NCBI GenBank assembly: GCA_001179505.1
Contig: CDMY01000641.1
Span: 1-37,613 of the forward strand
DNA from: Vitrella brassicaformis CCMP3155
Lineage: Eukaryota; Protista; Chromerida
Direction: 5' to 3'
Length of the DNA: 37,613 nucleotides
Position 1 is the stretch's first letter. Each line of letters starts with the position of its first letter. This document shows, one piece after another, positions 1 through 12,071 of the stretch. The notes below the pieces were generated by a model. It did no database searches and had not been told where the DNA came from. It saw only the letters and a program-made list of their open reading frames with translations. The position numbers and the translations under genes were made by a program.

Positions 1-52
1 GTGCATGCATTCTGCATGTGCCTGTTGCCTGTTTGGTGTGTGCTGTGGACAG

Positions 53-713
53 AGAAGATGCCTGGTTGCGCCGGAAGGTAGCGCCGGGCTTAGGGACAGG
101 TGTCTCGTCAAACCCTTAACCAACCAACCAACCCCTCCCCCCCTTTCACAACGTTCACGAATTTCGAGGACGAATTTCAGGAAACCGGTAGCGCCATCGT
201 GTCATTCACTCGGATGACGCTCCCTCATCGTTCGTCTTCTGCCCTTGTACAAGTCCTGCAGGTACGCTCGTTCATGCATGAAGACACGATGGCTATTGTT
301 TGGACGGACTGGTGTCTGTGTGTCTGTGTTTGTGTGTGCACACAGGCTTCCTGAGTTTGTACGATGCGGCGCAGTCACGGCATATACAATCCAATCCACC
401 ACAACACCCTCACATTCATTGGCTGACCTGCCCGTGTGTGTGGGTGCGTTCATGTGCAGACAGGATGGGGCGACCATCGGCCGACGACTCGGGAGAGAAC
501 GGCGAGCGGATGGAGGCCGACACCGGTGCGGACGGGGACAGGGAGAGGGAAGGGGCTGGCAACGCACATGTGCGCGCGTCCGTCGTGGGGGACGGTCATG
601 GTGACGGTGATGGAGGCGTCATGGGGCGGGTGGGCAGGGGCGAGAGCGAGGATCACAGGGGTGGAAGGAGGAGGGGACTTGGACACCTGTCGAGCCGCCC
701 CATGCAGACCTAA
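53..713 (+). CDS. 3' part of an unknown multi-exon gene entering from the left edge
   Basis: AG/GT-bounded candidate exons near 53-99, 181-260 (ETGSAIVSFTRMTLPHRSSSALVQVLQ|gtacgc) and a Gly/Asp/Glu-rich last exon ending TAA at 713. No family recognised. Confidence 0.35.
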
Positions 714-1098
714 CGAGGTATGTATGTGACGGGCACATGCACACACACCGCAGCCACAAAACCCACTCAATCACTCAGTCAATCGCCCCAATCCATCACT
801 CCTTCCCGATGGTGTTTGTGATGGTGTGTGTGAGTGCAGGTTGATTGTTACTTTGCGATTGGTGGGGCGACAGTCAGTACAGCGAGTGGAAGGTTGTGGG
901 CAGCTGCTGCTTCCGCCTCATGTACATGTGTGTGTGTTGTGCGAGATGTGTGTGTAAAGCGGTTAATAGACATAAAGCAAGGCATCCAAATGGACACATG
1001 TGCGTCTTTGTTCATTCATTCACGTGGTGAGAGTCACTGAAATGTAACTGCCACCCCTGAGCAGGACCGATAGAAGCTCATCCAAACGGCCTTGAAGT

Positions 1099-1398
1099 NN
1101 NNNNNNNNNNNNNNNNNNNNNNNNNNNNNNNNNNNNNNNNNNNNNNNNNNNNNNNNNNNNNNNNNNNNNNNNNNNNNNNNNNNNNNNNNNNNNNNNNNNN
1201 NNNNNNNNNNNNNNNNNNNNNNNNNNNNNNNNNNNNNNNNNNNNNNNNNNNNNNNNNNNNNNNNNNNNNNNNNNNNNNNNNNNNNNNNNNNNNNNNNNNN
1301 NNNNNNNNNNNNNNNNNNNNNNNNNNNNNNNNNNNNNNNNNNNNNNNNNNNNNNNNNNNNNNNNNNNNNNNNNNNNNNNNNNNNNNNNNNNNNNNNNN
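1099..1398. other. Assembly gap (300 N) followed by a poly-C run
   Basis: Direct reading of the sequence. Confidence 0.99.
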
Positions 1399-1512
1399 CC
1401 CCCCCCCCCCCCCCCCCTTCTCTTCATCACCGTACCCCCACACAAACGCGCCCGCCCCACCCCCCGAGGCAACAGCAATCATGGACAGTATCGTTAGCAC
1501 GACACCGGGAAC

Positions 1513-2003
1513 CTCCACGGTGAAGGCGAGGCTGAGGGTAAGGAGCAACAGAAGGCCGCATGGCACGGCGCACGCCAGTCCCCATGGACGCCAGGGCTTT
1601 GCCTGACAATGGTCAAGAAAACAGCGTCGCACACTACATCCTCTCCTCTTCTCTTGTCTGTGCGCTGCGGTACCATTGCATGGTACCGCTCGATCTTGAG
1701 GTTGTATTCCGTCAGCGCCGACACAGCCGTCTTCACGTATCGGGTGAATCTCGTCTGGTCTTGCTGGAGTTGGAAGTAGAGCTCGCCGCCTGAGGCGGGT
1801 GAGCGCTGTATGAGCGCTCTCATCGCTCTGAGGGTTGGGAGAGAGAGCTGAGAGCCAAACAGCGTGGAGGCGGGGTTCGTCCTCTTCGCTACGGTTGACA
1901 CCTCACCGGCCAGTCGCAACCTCTCCCCTCTTCCGCACATCCTTGCACGCTGAGGCTTTCCTTGCGAGCTTGAAATCGCAAGAATCGCCTCTTCCCCCGC
2001 CAT
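1513..2003 (-). CDS. Hypothetical membrane protein; 3' end probably runs into the gap
   Basis: ATG 2003; exon 2003-1674 (110 codons, MAGEEAILAISS...NLKIERYHAM|gtaccg); phase-0 acceptor at 1602 gives AKPWRPWGLACAVPCGLLLLLTLSLAFTVE, a hydrophobic segment. Confidence 0.45.
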
Positions 2004-2140
2004 GCTTGGTGAGCCGCAGACCTTCCTCACTGAGCCTTCTCCATCCTTTTCTCTGCCTGATCTGCGCAGAATGGCGAGATCTTGCTTGTGGATGCGGTCA
2101 CTCGGTTGAGCCTTGTCTTCTCACGACGCGGACTGTGGAG

Positions 2141-2769
2141 ATGACCACAGGCGGCAGCACGTCCGAGCCTCGACAACAGAAGAACATATGGCGACGAATG
2201 GTGACAAAGAGCACGAATCAACAGCGCTCTTCATTCTCCCTCTGTCTGTGTGTCCATTGTGTGCCCTGCATTTCACTGCAGATGCGTAGCAAGCCATCGC
2301 ATCTCATCCGCGAGGAGCTCCATCTTGACGCTGATGAGCCACCCTCTCACCAACTGCCCGTCAGCGCGCCACTCCCACCAGAATCACCGGTCGAGCTGCG
2401 CAAGTGCATCACCTTTGCCGACCTCGTGCTCTTCGGCATCGGGGCCACTGTCGGTACCTCGACAGCCACAAACACGACAAGAAGAGGAAGACGATCATAG
2501 CAGATGCGGGCGTCGGTCTGATTGCCCGCTTGCTGCAGGTGCGGGAATCTTTGTGGTGACTGGCGAGGGCGGCCGCATGGCTGGGCCGGGCCTCGTCTTG
2601 TCGTTTGTGACGGCCTGCGGCGGCTGCCTGCTGTCGGCGCTCGCCTACGCCGAGTTCGCCAGCGACATTCCCAGCGCGGGATCGGCCTACACGTTCGTCT
2701 ACAGCAGCCTCGGGGAGCTGTTTGCCTTCCTCAACGGTCTCTTTCTCGTCATGGAGTACGGCCTCTCTG
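2141..2769 (+). pseudogene. APC-superfamily cationic amino-acid permease (CAT-like), N-terminal part only
   Basis: Exons 2141-2200, 2282-2453, 2539-2769 join in frame: LRKCITFADLVLFGIGATVG|AGIFVVTG...AGPGLVLSF...LSALAYAEFASDIPSAGSAYTFVYSSLGELFAFLNG...EYG, the typical CAT N-terminal motifs. No further permease exons found. Confidence 0.75.
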
Positions 2770-3579
2770 GTAGAGATGAACACACTCATTGATTGGGGCG
2801 AGAAGAATCAATCGTGGAGGGAGTGCATGTGCAGCACAGCTGTGTGTGTGGGCTTTTTCGTCCATATATTATGTATGTGACGTGAGGGCGATATGGATGC
2901 ATGAACGACAAGCGACACTTTTATTATCCCAATCTCTCCATTCCCTCACACACACACACACACACACACACACCAAAAGACTCCATTGTCACCACCCCAC
3001 ACACATACACACAGCCGTCACGCGTCATGCCCACGCATCAAACTCATGTTTCCATCTTGATGTCCGTCCATTCCCCACCAGCCCACCCACTCGAGACACA
3101 CGCACACACACACACACACACACACGACGCAAAAACTCAGCCACTCTCCCTCCCTCATGGCATCCCGGCACACACACGAACACACACAGAGTCAAAAATC
3201 TCTCATCCCTCAGCCTATCCAATCAACCGCCAGGCAGCGACATACACATCAAGAAAGAAGGACAAGGAAGGAGGGGCACGTGCGATGGATGGTGCGCTCG
3301 GCCGAGACGAAAAATGGAGGGACCATGTGCCGTATGTCATGTCAGCACATGGAAGGAGCGCTCAGGACAGAAAGGTCGAGACGCGCCCATTCGTTCTCTC
3401 ATCGCACACATACCAACCAGACACCAACGAAGCGTTAGGCTAGTCACTGAACGTGAACCATTGCAAGAAGCACACCCACCCGGGACACGCACCCACACAA
3501 CTAACTGCAAAATCGATACATGCATAGGATAAAAACACCCCCAGGCCTGCCCCAACGATCCCTCCCGTCACTCCCTCCC

Positions 3580-5340
3580 TCACCCTGCCGCAGCAGTGGC
3601 TCTCTCACCGTCGCCGCCCCCAATCGACCCGTGACGAATTCGCATCATCCTGTCCACCGTCACAGCCACCTCCCCGTCATCCCCACCCCCATGGCCACCG
3701 CCCTCATGGCCATGCAGGGCCAGCGATGACTCCTGCTGGCCGCCCTCACCAAACTGGAAATCGACCGCAAAACCCTCCTGCAGCCTCTCCTCCTTCCTGC
3801 CGGGCTCCTCTGCCGCTTGCTCTCGTCCTCTGCCCAGGAGTGCGTCCTTCTGCTCATCACTGAGGATCCGCAATGTCCCTGGCTCGCTCATCTCCTCGTC
3901 AGCCAGCGTCAGCGGCCCTATCGCAACCCTCTCGAGGGCCCTGACGTCCACACCGATGCCCTCAAACAGAATCCGCACTATGTAGCCCGCCCGGTCGCTG
4001 TCGAACCCATTCACCCGCACCAAGGGTGAGGATCGCGAGCAGTGGGATGGGTGGGCGAAGCGGCCAAGCCGTGCTGAGGCGACTTCGTGGTTGGGGATGA
4101 GGGAGTCGCGACCGCCTGTGTCGCCCTGCCACGCCTGTGAGACGGGCCACGGCTCTGCTGGAGGGGAGGGGGAGGGGGAGGTGGAGGTAGGGGCGGGGTC
4201 GTCCTGTTGCGTCTCGTCAGACGGCCACCACACCTCTGCTGCCGTCTTGACCGGCGGCCTGCATACACACAGCCGCACAGCACAGAGAGACAGAGAGAGA
4301 GAGCATCACCAGACTGACCAACGATTTAGCTTCCTTCTTGTTCGTTCACCTCACCTGGTGGGTTGGTCCGCCCATAAGAGCTTCACGCCATCCTTGAGTC
4401 GCTTCGCCTGTGCGTAGGTCATGGGCTGCTTCGGTGTCACCCGCCACCAGAAGGGCACCGAGCAGGGAGGGGAGGACGGCAGTGAGGGCGTTGCTGTGTG
4501 GCCATCAGTCGGTCCAAAGTCCGCCGCCCGCACGTGTTCGTCGAGGTGTCGCCGCTTGAAGTCGCGCACAAACGGGTTGTGCGCTGGGCTGGCGGGTGCC
4601 TCGGGCGAGGGGCCCTCCAGCACCGACTGCAGCTTCTTGTCATTGCTGATGGATGGATGTGCACACACATCAATCACAACATCAGCAGAGGAGAGGTGAT
4701 CGATCCAATGCGTGTGTGTGTGTGTGTGTGTCTGTGTACGCCTCACTCACCTGAGCAGCATCAGCCCCGAGGCGGCTGGTCCGAGTCTGCACACGGGGTG
4801 GACGTGGAGGAAGGGCGAGGGGAGGAGGTCGCGGATGGAGGGCCGCCGCATGAAGTCGACGTTGTGGCAGACGTAGCCCTGGGGCTTGTGCAGGATGAAA
4901 GTCACGTTCCGCAGCATGTCGAGAGGGTACCCCTGCAGGCTGATGGCGTCCTACATCAACCACACCACACCACACCGCGGTCAGCATACAGACAGTCAGG
5001 TCTACAACACATATGAAGATGTGTCTGTCTGGGATCTCCTCACCTTCTCGTCGTCTATCCATTTGTTCTGGTACACAATGCTGCAGCGCAAAAGCACACG
5101 AAGTGCCACACAGCGAGATTGATGCGTCATGTCACTCTCTAGACGGCACCCACCCAGTGAGTGCCTACTTGCGATTGACGGCGACTTTGCCCTTGTGCAG
5201 GAGGTAAGTGGCTTCCTCTCTGCCGCAGACGCCAGACTTGACCAGGACAGTCTCCAGCAGCCGAGCTGTGCGGAGGATGGACGTCAGGTGCATGGGCAGC
5301 CGGAAGGGAGCCTTGTCGGTGGGGAAACGGTGAAGTCGGG
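3580..5340 (-). CDS. S4-domain RsuA/RluB/E/F-family pseudouridine synthase-like protein, catalytic Asp replaced
   Basis: S4-like exon 5340-5169 (LLETVLVKSGVCGREEATYLLHKGKVAVN); exon 4950-4751 (FILHKPQGYVC...HPVCRLGPAASGLMLLS|ND); exon 4645-4355 (AKRLKDGVKL); last exon from 4258 (IVRILFEGIGVDVRALERVAIGPLTL). True start and stop uncertain. Confidence 0.8.
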
Positions 5341-5536
5341 CTGCGGATAACTCACAGCTATGTTCTATTCACTCGCACAAGGTTTTGTAGAGTTCAGGGT
5401 TAGGCTCGCATTGGTGAGGAGGGAAACAGGCGAAGGTTGTGTGAGCCAAGAGCAACAGTGGCGTACCTCTACACACAACCTGAACCCTGAACCGGGGTCG
5501 TAGCGGCCGTGCTGTTCGGTGCGGCTTTTTTGCGGG

Positions 5537-6756
5537 ATGGCGGGTCAGGACGAATATGACCACCTATACAAGAGTAAGCGACGCAGGAAGGCAGAGAGGG
5601 CGCACCACACACTGCAGGCCAGATCCCCTTCATCTTATCACTCAGACAACACATGTCTGCGCACTGATGGTATTCCCTCTCTGTGTGTGTGCTGTGTGTG
5701 GTGTGTTTGCCACTGCATAGTCATATTGGTAGGCGATGCGACTGTAGGCAAGACGCATCTGTTGTCGCGGTACATCAAGGGCACACTGCCCAAGGCGCCC
5801 ACAGCCACCATAGGGGTCGAGTTCGCCACCAGGACAGTCCCGCTGGCCGTCGGGGGGACGGTCAAGGCCCAGATATGGGACACTGGTCAGTGAGTGGGGT
5901 CAGTGACACAGACAGACAGACAGACAGACAGGCGCACCCGGCGACCCTTTCCGTGTGCCTGTGGTTGTTGTCCATGGCAATGCGTTCATTGGTGTGTCTG
6001 TTCATCTGTTTCTCTGTTCCTCTGTTCGTTCAGCTGGTCAGGAGCGTTATCGTGCGATAACGAGTGCGCACTACCGCCGTGCGGTGGGTGCGCTGCTGGT
6101 GTATGACGTGACCAAGGCGCAGACCTTCCAGAACTGCACCAAGTGGCTCGAGGACCTGCGCAACAACGCCGAGCCAGACATTGTCGTCATGGTGGTCGGC
6201 AACAAGGTCGACCTCGTCGAGAAGGACCCATCGCTCAGGCAAGTTCCATTCGAACAGGCGCAGGCGTGGGCGCAATCCAAAAGTAAGCACACTGACGCGA
6301 GAAGGTCGAGAAGGGACGGCATGCTGAGCGTGTGTGTGTGTGTGTGTTAGGTTTAATGTTTTACGAGAGTTCTGCTGTGACGTCGTTCAACGTCAAACAC
6401 ATTTTCGAGGACCTCCTGCAGGGTCAGTGAGGCGGCGAGGGCAGGGCATATCGATACGAGGACCGATCTGGTTTAACTTCTGTGTGTTGTGTTGTGAATC
6501 GTCCGACCAGAGATCTACACTCAGAGGACCAAGGTCAAGTCTGACCGGTATAACGACAACTCAACACAAGGTACCGAAGGTACGACACACACACAGACAG
6601 ACTGACAGACTGACAGACAGGCAGATCGTCGGAGCCGCACTTTTCGATGGTTCCATCTTTCCTCTCTGGTGCCTGCCTGCCTCCGTCCGTGTGTGTGCAG
6701 GTGGCATGCAGCTCCGGCACAACCCCCCGCAACGGCAAGCCGGCTGTTGCACATAA
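5537..6756 (+). CDS. RAB11B: Rab11B small GTPase (alveolate-type)
   Basis: Six exons 5537-5573, 5721-5885, 6034-6282, 6351-6422, 6511-6579, 6701-6756 join in frame: GDATVGKT P-loop, [42 protein letters not shown]-terminal GCCT prenylation motif. Confidence 0.95.
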
Positions 6757-7194
6757 TTCGCACCTGTAATTCGGGCACTGCAGCCGATACGATACACACA
6801 TGTAAGTATATATGTCAGAGGGAGGGCACCTCTCACAGCACATTGCCGCACGACGACACATACCTATCGATACGAATCGTTGTTTCGTTTCTGATCCTTG
6901 TTTTGTCTGTCAGGCTGTCGCGCGTGCAGGGCGATTTTGTGAGCACGATCTTCGCTCCCTCTCTGGCTCTCCTGCCTTCCCCTCTCCCACCGCTGCCTGC
7001 CTGCCTGCCTGTCTGTCTGTCTGCCTCTGGTCCATCCATCCATCTCTATCTAGCGCTGCTATGCTCTCTTGGCTGGCTGATGTACAGAACCGACGAATGG
7101 GCGCGGATATGGGCGGGCGGGGGCTGGCTGCATCGGCATGCACATGGATCCATTCATTGAGCTGAGGGCGGGGTGGGGCGGGGCGGGGGGGGGG

Positions 7195-7494
7195 NNNNNN
7201 NNNNNNNNNNNNNNNNNNNNNNNNNNNNNNNNNNNNNNNNNNNNNNNNNNNNNNNNNNNNNNNNNNNNNNNNNNNNNNNNNNNNNNNNNNNNNNNNNNNN
7301 NNNNNNNNNNNNNNNNNNNNNNNNNNNNNNNNNNNNNNNNNNNNNNNNNNNNNNNNNNNNNNNNNNNNNNNNNNNNNNNNNNNNNNNNNNNNNNNNNNNN
7401 NNNNNNNNNNNNNNNNNNNNNNNNNNNNNNNNNNNNNNNNNNNNNNNNNNNNNNNNNNNNNNNNNNNNNNNNNNNNNNNNNNNNNNNNNNNNNN
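7195..7494. other. Assembly gap (300 N) flanked by G-rich runs
   Basis: Direct reading of the sequence. Confidence 0.99.
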
Positions 7495-7998
7495 GGGGTG
7501 GGATGGGATGGGGCTGCAGCATACATACATACGATCGACAGTTGGGTTGGGGCGTACACTTACTTGCGTACATTTTGCATACTCCTATCTATCTATTACA
7601 TCTGCAGGCCGCACCTCTGGCTGGCAGGGTGCGTGCGACATTGGTGCATTGGTTCATTCAGTGGTTCATTTCCTGCTTACCAGTGGTTGCTTGCTGTAGT
7701 TAGATTGATGGTCCATCCATACTGATATGATGAATGCTGCTGCTGCGCGTAGACGTGGCCTGTCCATGAGAGCAGAGCATGGGATGTGATGTGTGCCTGT
7801 CTGTCTTGTGTGCGTGGCTGCGTTTTGTTCCTTCCGTGTGATCCATCCGATCGACTCAGTGAATGAGATGAATGATGAACCCATGTGTGTCGCCTGCCTA
7901 CAGCGATGAGGCACTGACACTCTGACTGACGATCCCTTGATTGATGAGATATATGATTAATCGTCATTTCCATGACTCGTTTGCCGTCACTCTAAGTA

Positions 7999-8127
7999 AC
8001 ATGTGGATGCCTCAGCTGCCAGTGGAAGACACCTTCGTCCATAACAGAGCATCTCAGTGCAATTGTACTGAGACGCTCTGTGATGAACAAACGTGCCTTC
8101 ATCCGACCGTGATGACCATCCACAGGT
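7999..8127. repeat. Imperfect palindrome (fold-back), about 130 bp
   Basis: Arms 8022-8062 and 8063-8103 match at 32/41 positions around a central AATT; outer 11-nt arms 7999-8009 and 8117-8127 match 10/11. Confidence 0.85.
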
Positions 8128-8306
8128 ACTGCCAACAAATCTCTCCCGTATATATATGGATAGCGACACAATTGCGGGCAACTGACTATAGCCACTAGAA
8201 AACCCTTCCCACAAACCCACAAATAATAGATAGCAGCACACAGAACCCACACAGCCCATCGCTCTCTCTCATTGATCCATCCATTCATCCATTCGCGTGT
8301 CATCAA

Positions 8307-11300
8307 TCATCGCCGATGCACCACGGCGCTAATGCACATGGGCACGTAACCCCCCCGCCCCACCCACACCCGCACCTGCTCCTCAACAAGGTCCTCCACA
8401 CCGCGGAACACCCCACCGAGGGAGTCACTCAGCCGATGCAGCACAGAGTGGGGGTGGTGCTTCGGGTAGTTGAATGCATGAGGGCCGCCTGATCCGATCC
8501 ATCCAAACACACACACACACATACACACACATACAAATGGGTGGGGCTTTTGTGCTTGTCATGGGATTGGTTGCTCCGTGTGTGCGTGTGTGTGGTCTAC
8601 CGTACCCAGTTTGTGTATCTTTGTGTGGGCCAGGCCGCTGATGTTGAGGACCAGCGAAACGACAATGACGGTCGTCATGAGGGCGAACAGCAGCACCGGG
8701 CCGTACGCCGAGTCGAAACGCGACTGAGGCAGATACCTGCAAACACACAGACAATGAGACAGAAAAATGCAGCGCGCTCTCTCCCTCTGTGTGTGTGTGT
8801 GTGTGTGTGTGTGTCCCACACCACCCCACTGACTCACTCTTTGATGGCGTGGCATCTGGCTAGAAACACCCCATAGGCATACAGCACCATCACCATCGAC
8901 ATCGATGCGAACATGAACCCTACACAATCAAACACAACACACCCAGCACTTCACTCACTGCTGTGTCCTCCTCTCCTTCCCCCTTTCTCCTCAGTCACCC
9001 GATAGCGGCGCTGCCCATCCCTGCTCGGGCAAGTTGAAGAGCACAACAGCCAACGCCCCCAGGAATAGCGACTTGTAGACGTAGTGCAGGAACGTCCTCT
9101 CCGCCGCGAAGAAGGCCTTGGGCTCCACCCTCTTGGGCCGAGGGCCTTGAACAGGCCCGCCCCACTCGACCGGCCCCCCCACCCCGCCCACACGCACAGC
9201 CAAAGCAGGGTCCATCCATCCCTCCAGCTGCTGGGGCAGCGGCGGCAGCCTCCCCGGCCCCAAGCCCGCCTGCCTCTGTCGCGCCAATGCGATCCTCTCC
9301 TGTGTGCTGATGGCGGCTGGGTCCACCCCTGGGCCCCACCCCTGTGATATGTGCAAGGGGGAGAGGCGGATGCCCGAGTGGGGCGGGTAGAGGTTGTGCA
9401 GGTCGGCACGCAGCATCCGCACGGACGAGGTGGCCGCAGCGGCTGATGCTCTGCGGTCGGGAGGGGCGAGGATGACGGCGCCTCTGGCCTCGAGAGGGGG
9501 GGCGTCCTCCTCCCCTTCACGCACGATGGGGGCGTAGCCACGCCGACGGCGGGAGGATGAGCCTTCCTCAGACGGACGCCGGAAGACCCACCCGGTGAGG
9601 CGGCGCAGGAAGGTGAGCGGGCCAGCTGAGAGAAAGAGAAAGGGCAAATGAGGTTATGGGGGTCAGGGGCCAGGGGTGTGTGTCAAGGATGCACTGACTG
9701 ACCAGATTGGGCTCTCAGTTCCTCTGGTGTGCCGTCGTGTGGAGGGGACGGCAGAGCGTCTTCACTCACGTCTGCACACATGGACAAAGAAATGGTCGTT
9801 GGGCCATCATCCTCTGTGTGTGCGTGTGTGTGCGCACACCCACCCGTTCTGAGGATCCTGTTGATGCGTCCTGTCCGCGAGACAGGCGAGGGCGATGAGG
9901 CGTCCCGGGGGCCAAGCGTAATGCCAAAACCTGCAGGCATCGAATCATCAGCCAAAGGGCAGGAAAGGGACGCACACTCAAGGCGTGCAAGGCGTCATTC
10001 GGTGCCTGCCTGCAACGTATCCCTTGCTCTCGAAGTCCTCAAACCAGTGGGGCAGCTCGGGCACCAGGTTGCTGCACACCACACCGGCACAGACGGATGG
10101 ATGCCAGATCTCTGCCCGTCGGGTCTGTCTGTCTGTCCGTTGTGAATGCCGACCGATGCAGGAAGGCTATGCCGTGCTGGTACTTGGAGAACTTGTACAC
10201 GTCAATCGCAGCCGACGCACTAAACGAACCAACCAACAATGCTTCCCCCACCCCAGACCAGACCACCCCGCCGCCCCCTTATCCCTCCGCCCGTCTGATC
10301 TGGCTGACGTACGTGAGCAGGTGTTTGACCCATTCGGGCTCGCTGGCCTGGAGCTTGACCTCCAGCACGGCGTAGGGGAACTTGACCACCTCCTCCTTGC
10401 ACAGCACGTCGGTCCTGAGCCTGCACCAGCCGTCGCGCGTCTGCCCCTCGGGCAGGAGCTCGTTGACCATGCAGAGGTTCTCGTCAAGGGAGATCCGCAC
10501 CTCGTTGCTCGCTGACAGCTGGTAGGCTGACCGGTAGTAGGATGTGCGCAGCTGCATGCATGTGACACAGACAGACATGGACACACAAGTGGTTGGATGG
10601 ATGGATGGATGGATGGGTGGGTGGGTGTCGCCTGGGGCCTTGTGTTGTGTGTGTGCACCGACCACAGGTTGCAGCTGCAGCTGTGTGATGGATGTCTGGA
10701 CTTCCCTGCCCAGCTGCAACATCCGGTTGTACTTGCCGCTGGACATGGGCACCTGCGCACACCACACCAGCCGGCACGAGTATGCCTGTGTCCTGTGTGT
10801 GTGCCCACGTATCTTTCTTTCGCGTACCCCGTCCTCCTTGGCCTTCTCTTGAACCAGATCATCAATCGTCACCTCACCCTGACACAATCAGGGAGGGCAC
10901 ACAGGTCGATGCATCCCAATGGACGGGCTGTGTGGGGAGGGGGGGTTGGGGGGGGTTGGGGGGGGTTGAGGGGGGTTGGCTGTGCTTCTGACTGACCCGC
11001 ATGAATGCGAGGACCCGTTGCTGCGGCACGGCGAACCTCTCCTTGGTGGACGACTCGCCCGTCCAGCCCTCGTGGTGCGTCTTGCTGGTGGACACACACA
11101 CACACTCCTCATCTTAATGAACGACATCGGATGGGCTGCTACGTCTGTCTGTAGGTGAATGTCAGCTTACCGTTCGACGAATATTTCCTTGTCCGGCTGT
11201 GCGTCGTTGAATCCATACCACCGGAAGCGAATCAGTTCGGCCCCCTCCAGACGCATAATGCGATTCGTGTAGCACGTCGCAGCTGAATGCACAAGCCACC

Positions 11301-12034
11301 CAGACAAGCATGAGCGAGGGGAATGACCCTTCCCCAGATCTCTGTCTGCGCACGTGAACGTACATGTGTTGTCGAAGTAGACAGAAGAGACGAGTTGTTT
11401 GTCCTGCAGCTCCAGCGGCTTGTCGAGTGACTCCATGCGGGACGAGTCGCGGTCACTGCCCACACCAGTGCCGCCCGACAGCACGCCCAGTGGGTCTTGG
11501 AACACCTTCTCCTCCTGCTCCTTTGGGGAGGCCCCGAAGACCAGGTAGGGCAGGTGCTTCACTATCAACGTCTTGGCCGCAATCAGCTGCATTGCATACC
11601 GAACACCCCACCAAACGGACACATCAATCACATGTGCCAGTCAGTCAGTGCTGCTCACCCGCTCGCTCACCTTGTCGTATCTGAGCCAATACTTGGTCGT
11701 CTTGCGCTCGAACGTGTCGGGCGGCTTCCACGCCTCACTCTCGTCCAAATCCTATCACACAGACACACACACACACACACACAGAAGGTCCAAATGTGAG
11801 TGCCTTCGGAGCGTGTGTGCGTCCGCGCCTTTCCGCACCTTTGCAACGGTCCGGAATTTGTTCCACGTGATAGAGAGTGCGAGCACCAGGCGGTCGATGT
11901 TGGTGCTGCAGAACGACTCGCTCTTGATGGACGCCATGTACCACTGGAAGCCCGTCGTGCGGAAGGCACGGTCGAAGATGGTGCACAGCTGCATGATGGC
12001 CTTGTAGTTGACGCGCACATACGTGTCTGCCGTA

Positions 12035-12071
<37 letters not shown>

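Noticed and set aside
1020-1632. ORFs spanning the N gaps (also 6910-7725)
   Set aside because: They are open only because N codons translate as X; poly-G/C next to the gaps likely caused the sequencing failure.
2789-3560. Long ORFs rich in THTHT / VCVCV
   Set aside because: They are translations of (CA)n/(GT)n microsatellites in non-coding DNA; the same applies to many listed ORFs across the window.
6914-6960. AG-preceded AVARAGRF as the missing next permease exon (cf. AVARGWSGY)
   Set aside because: Wrong phase for the 2769 donor, similarity ends after four residues, and two genes would have to be nested in the intron.
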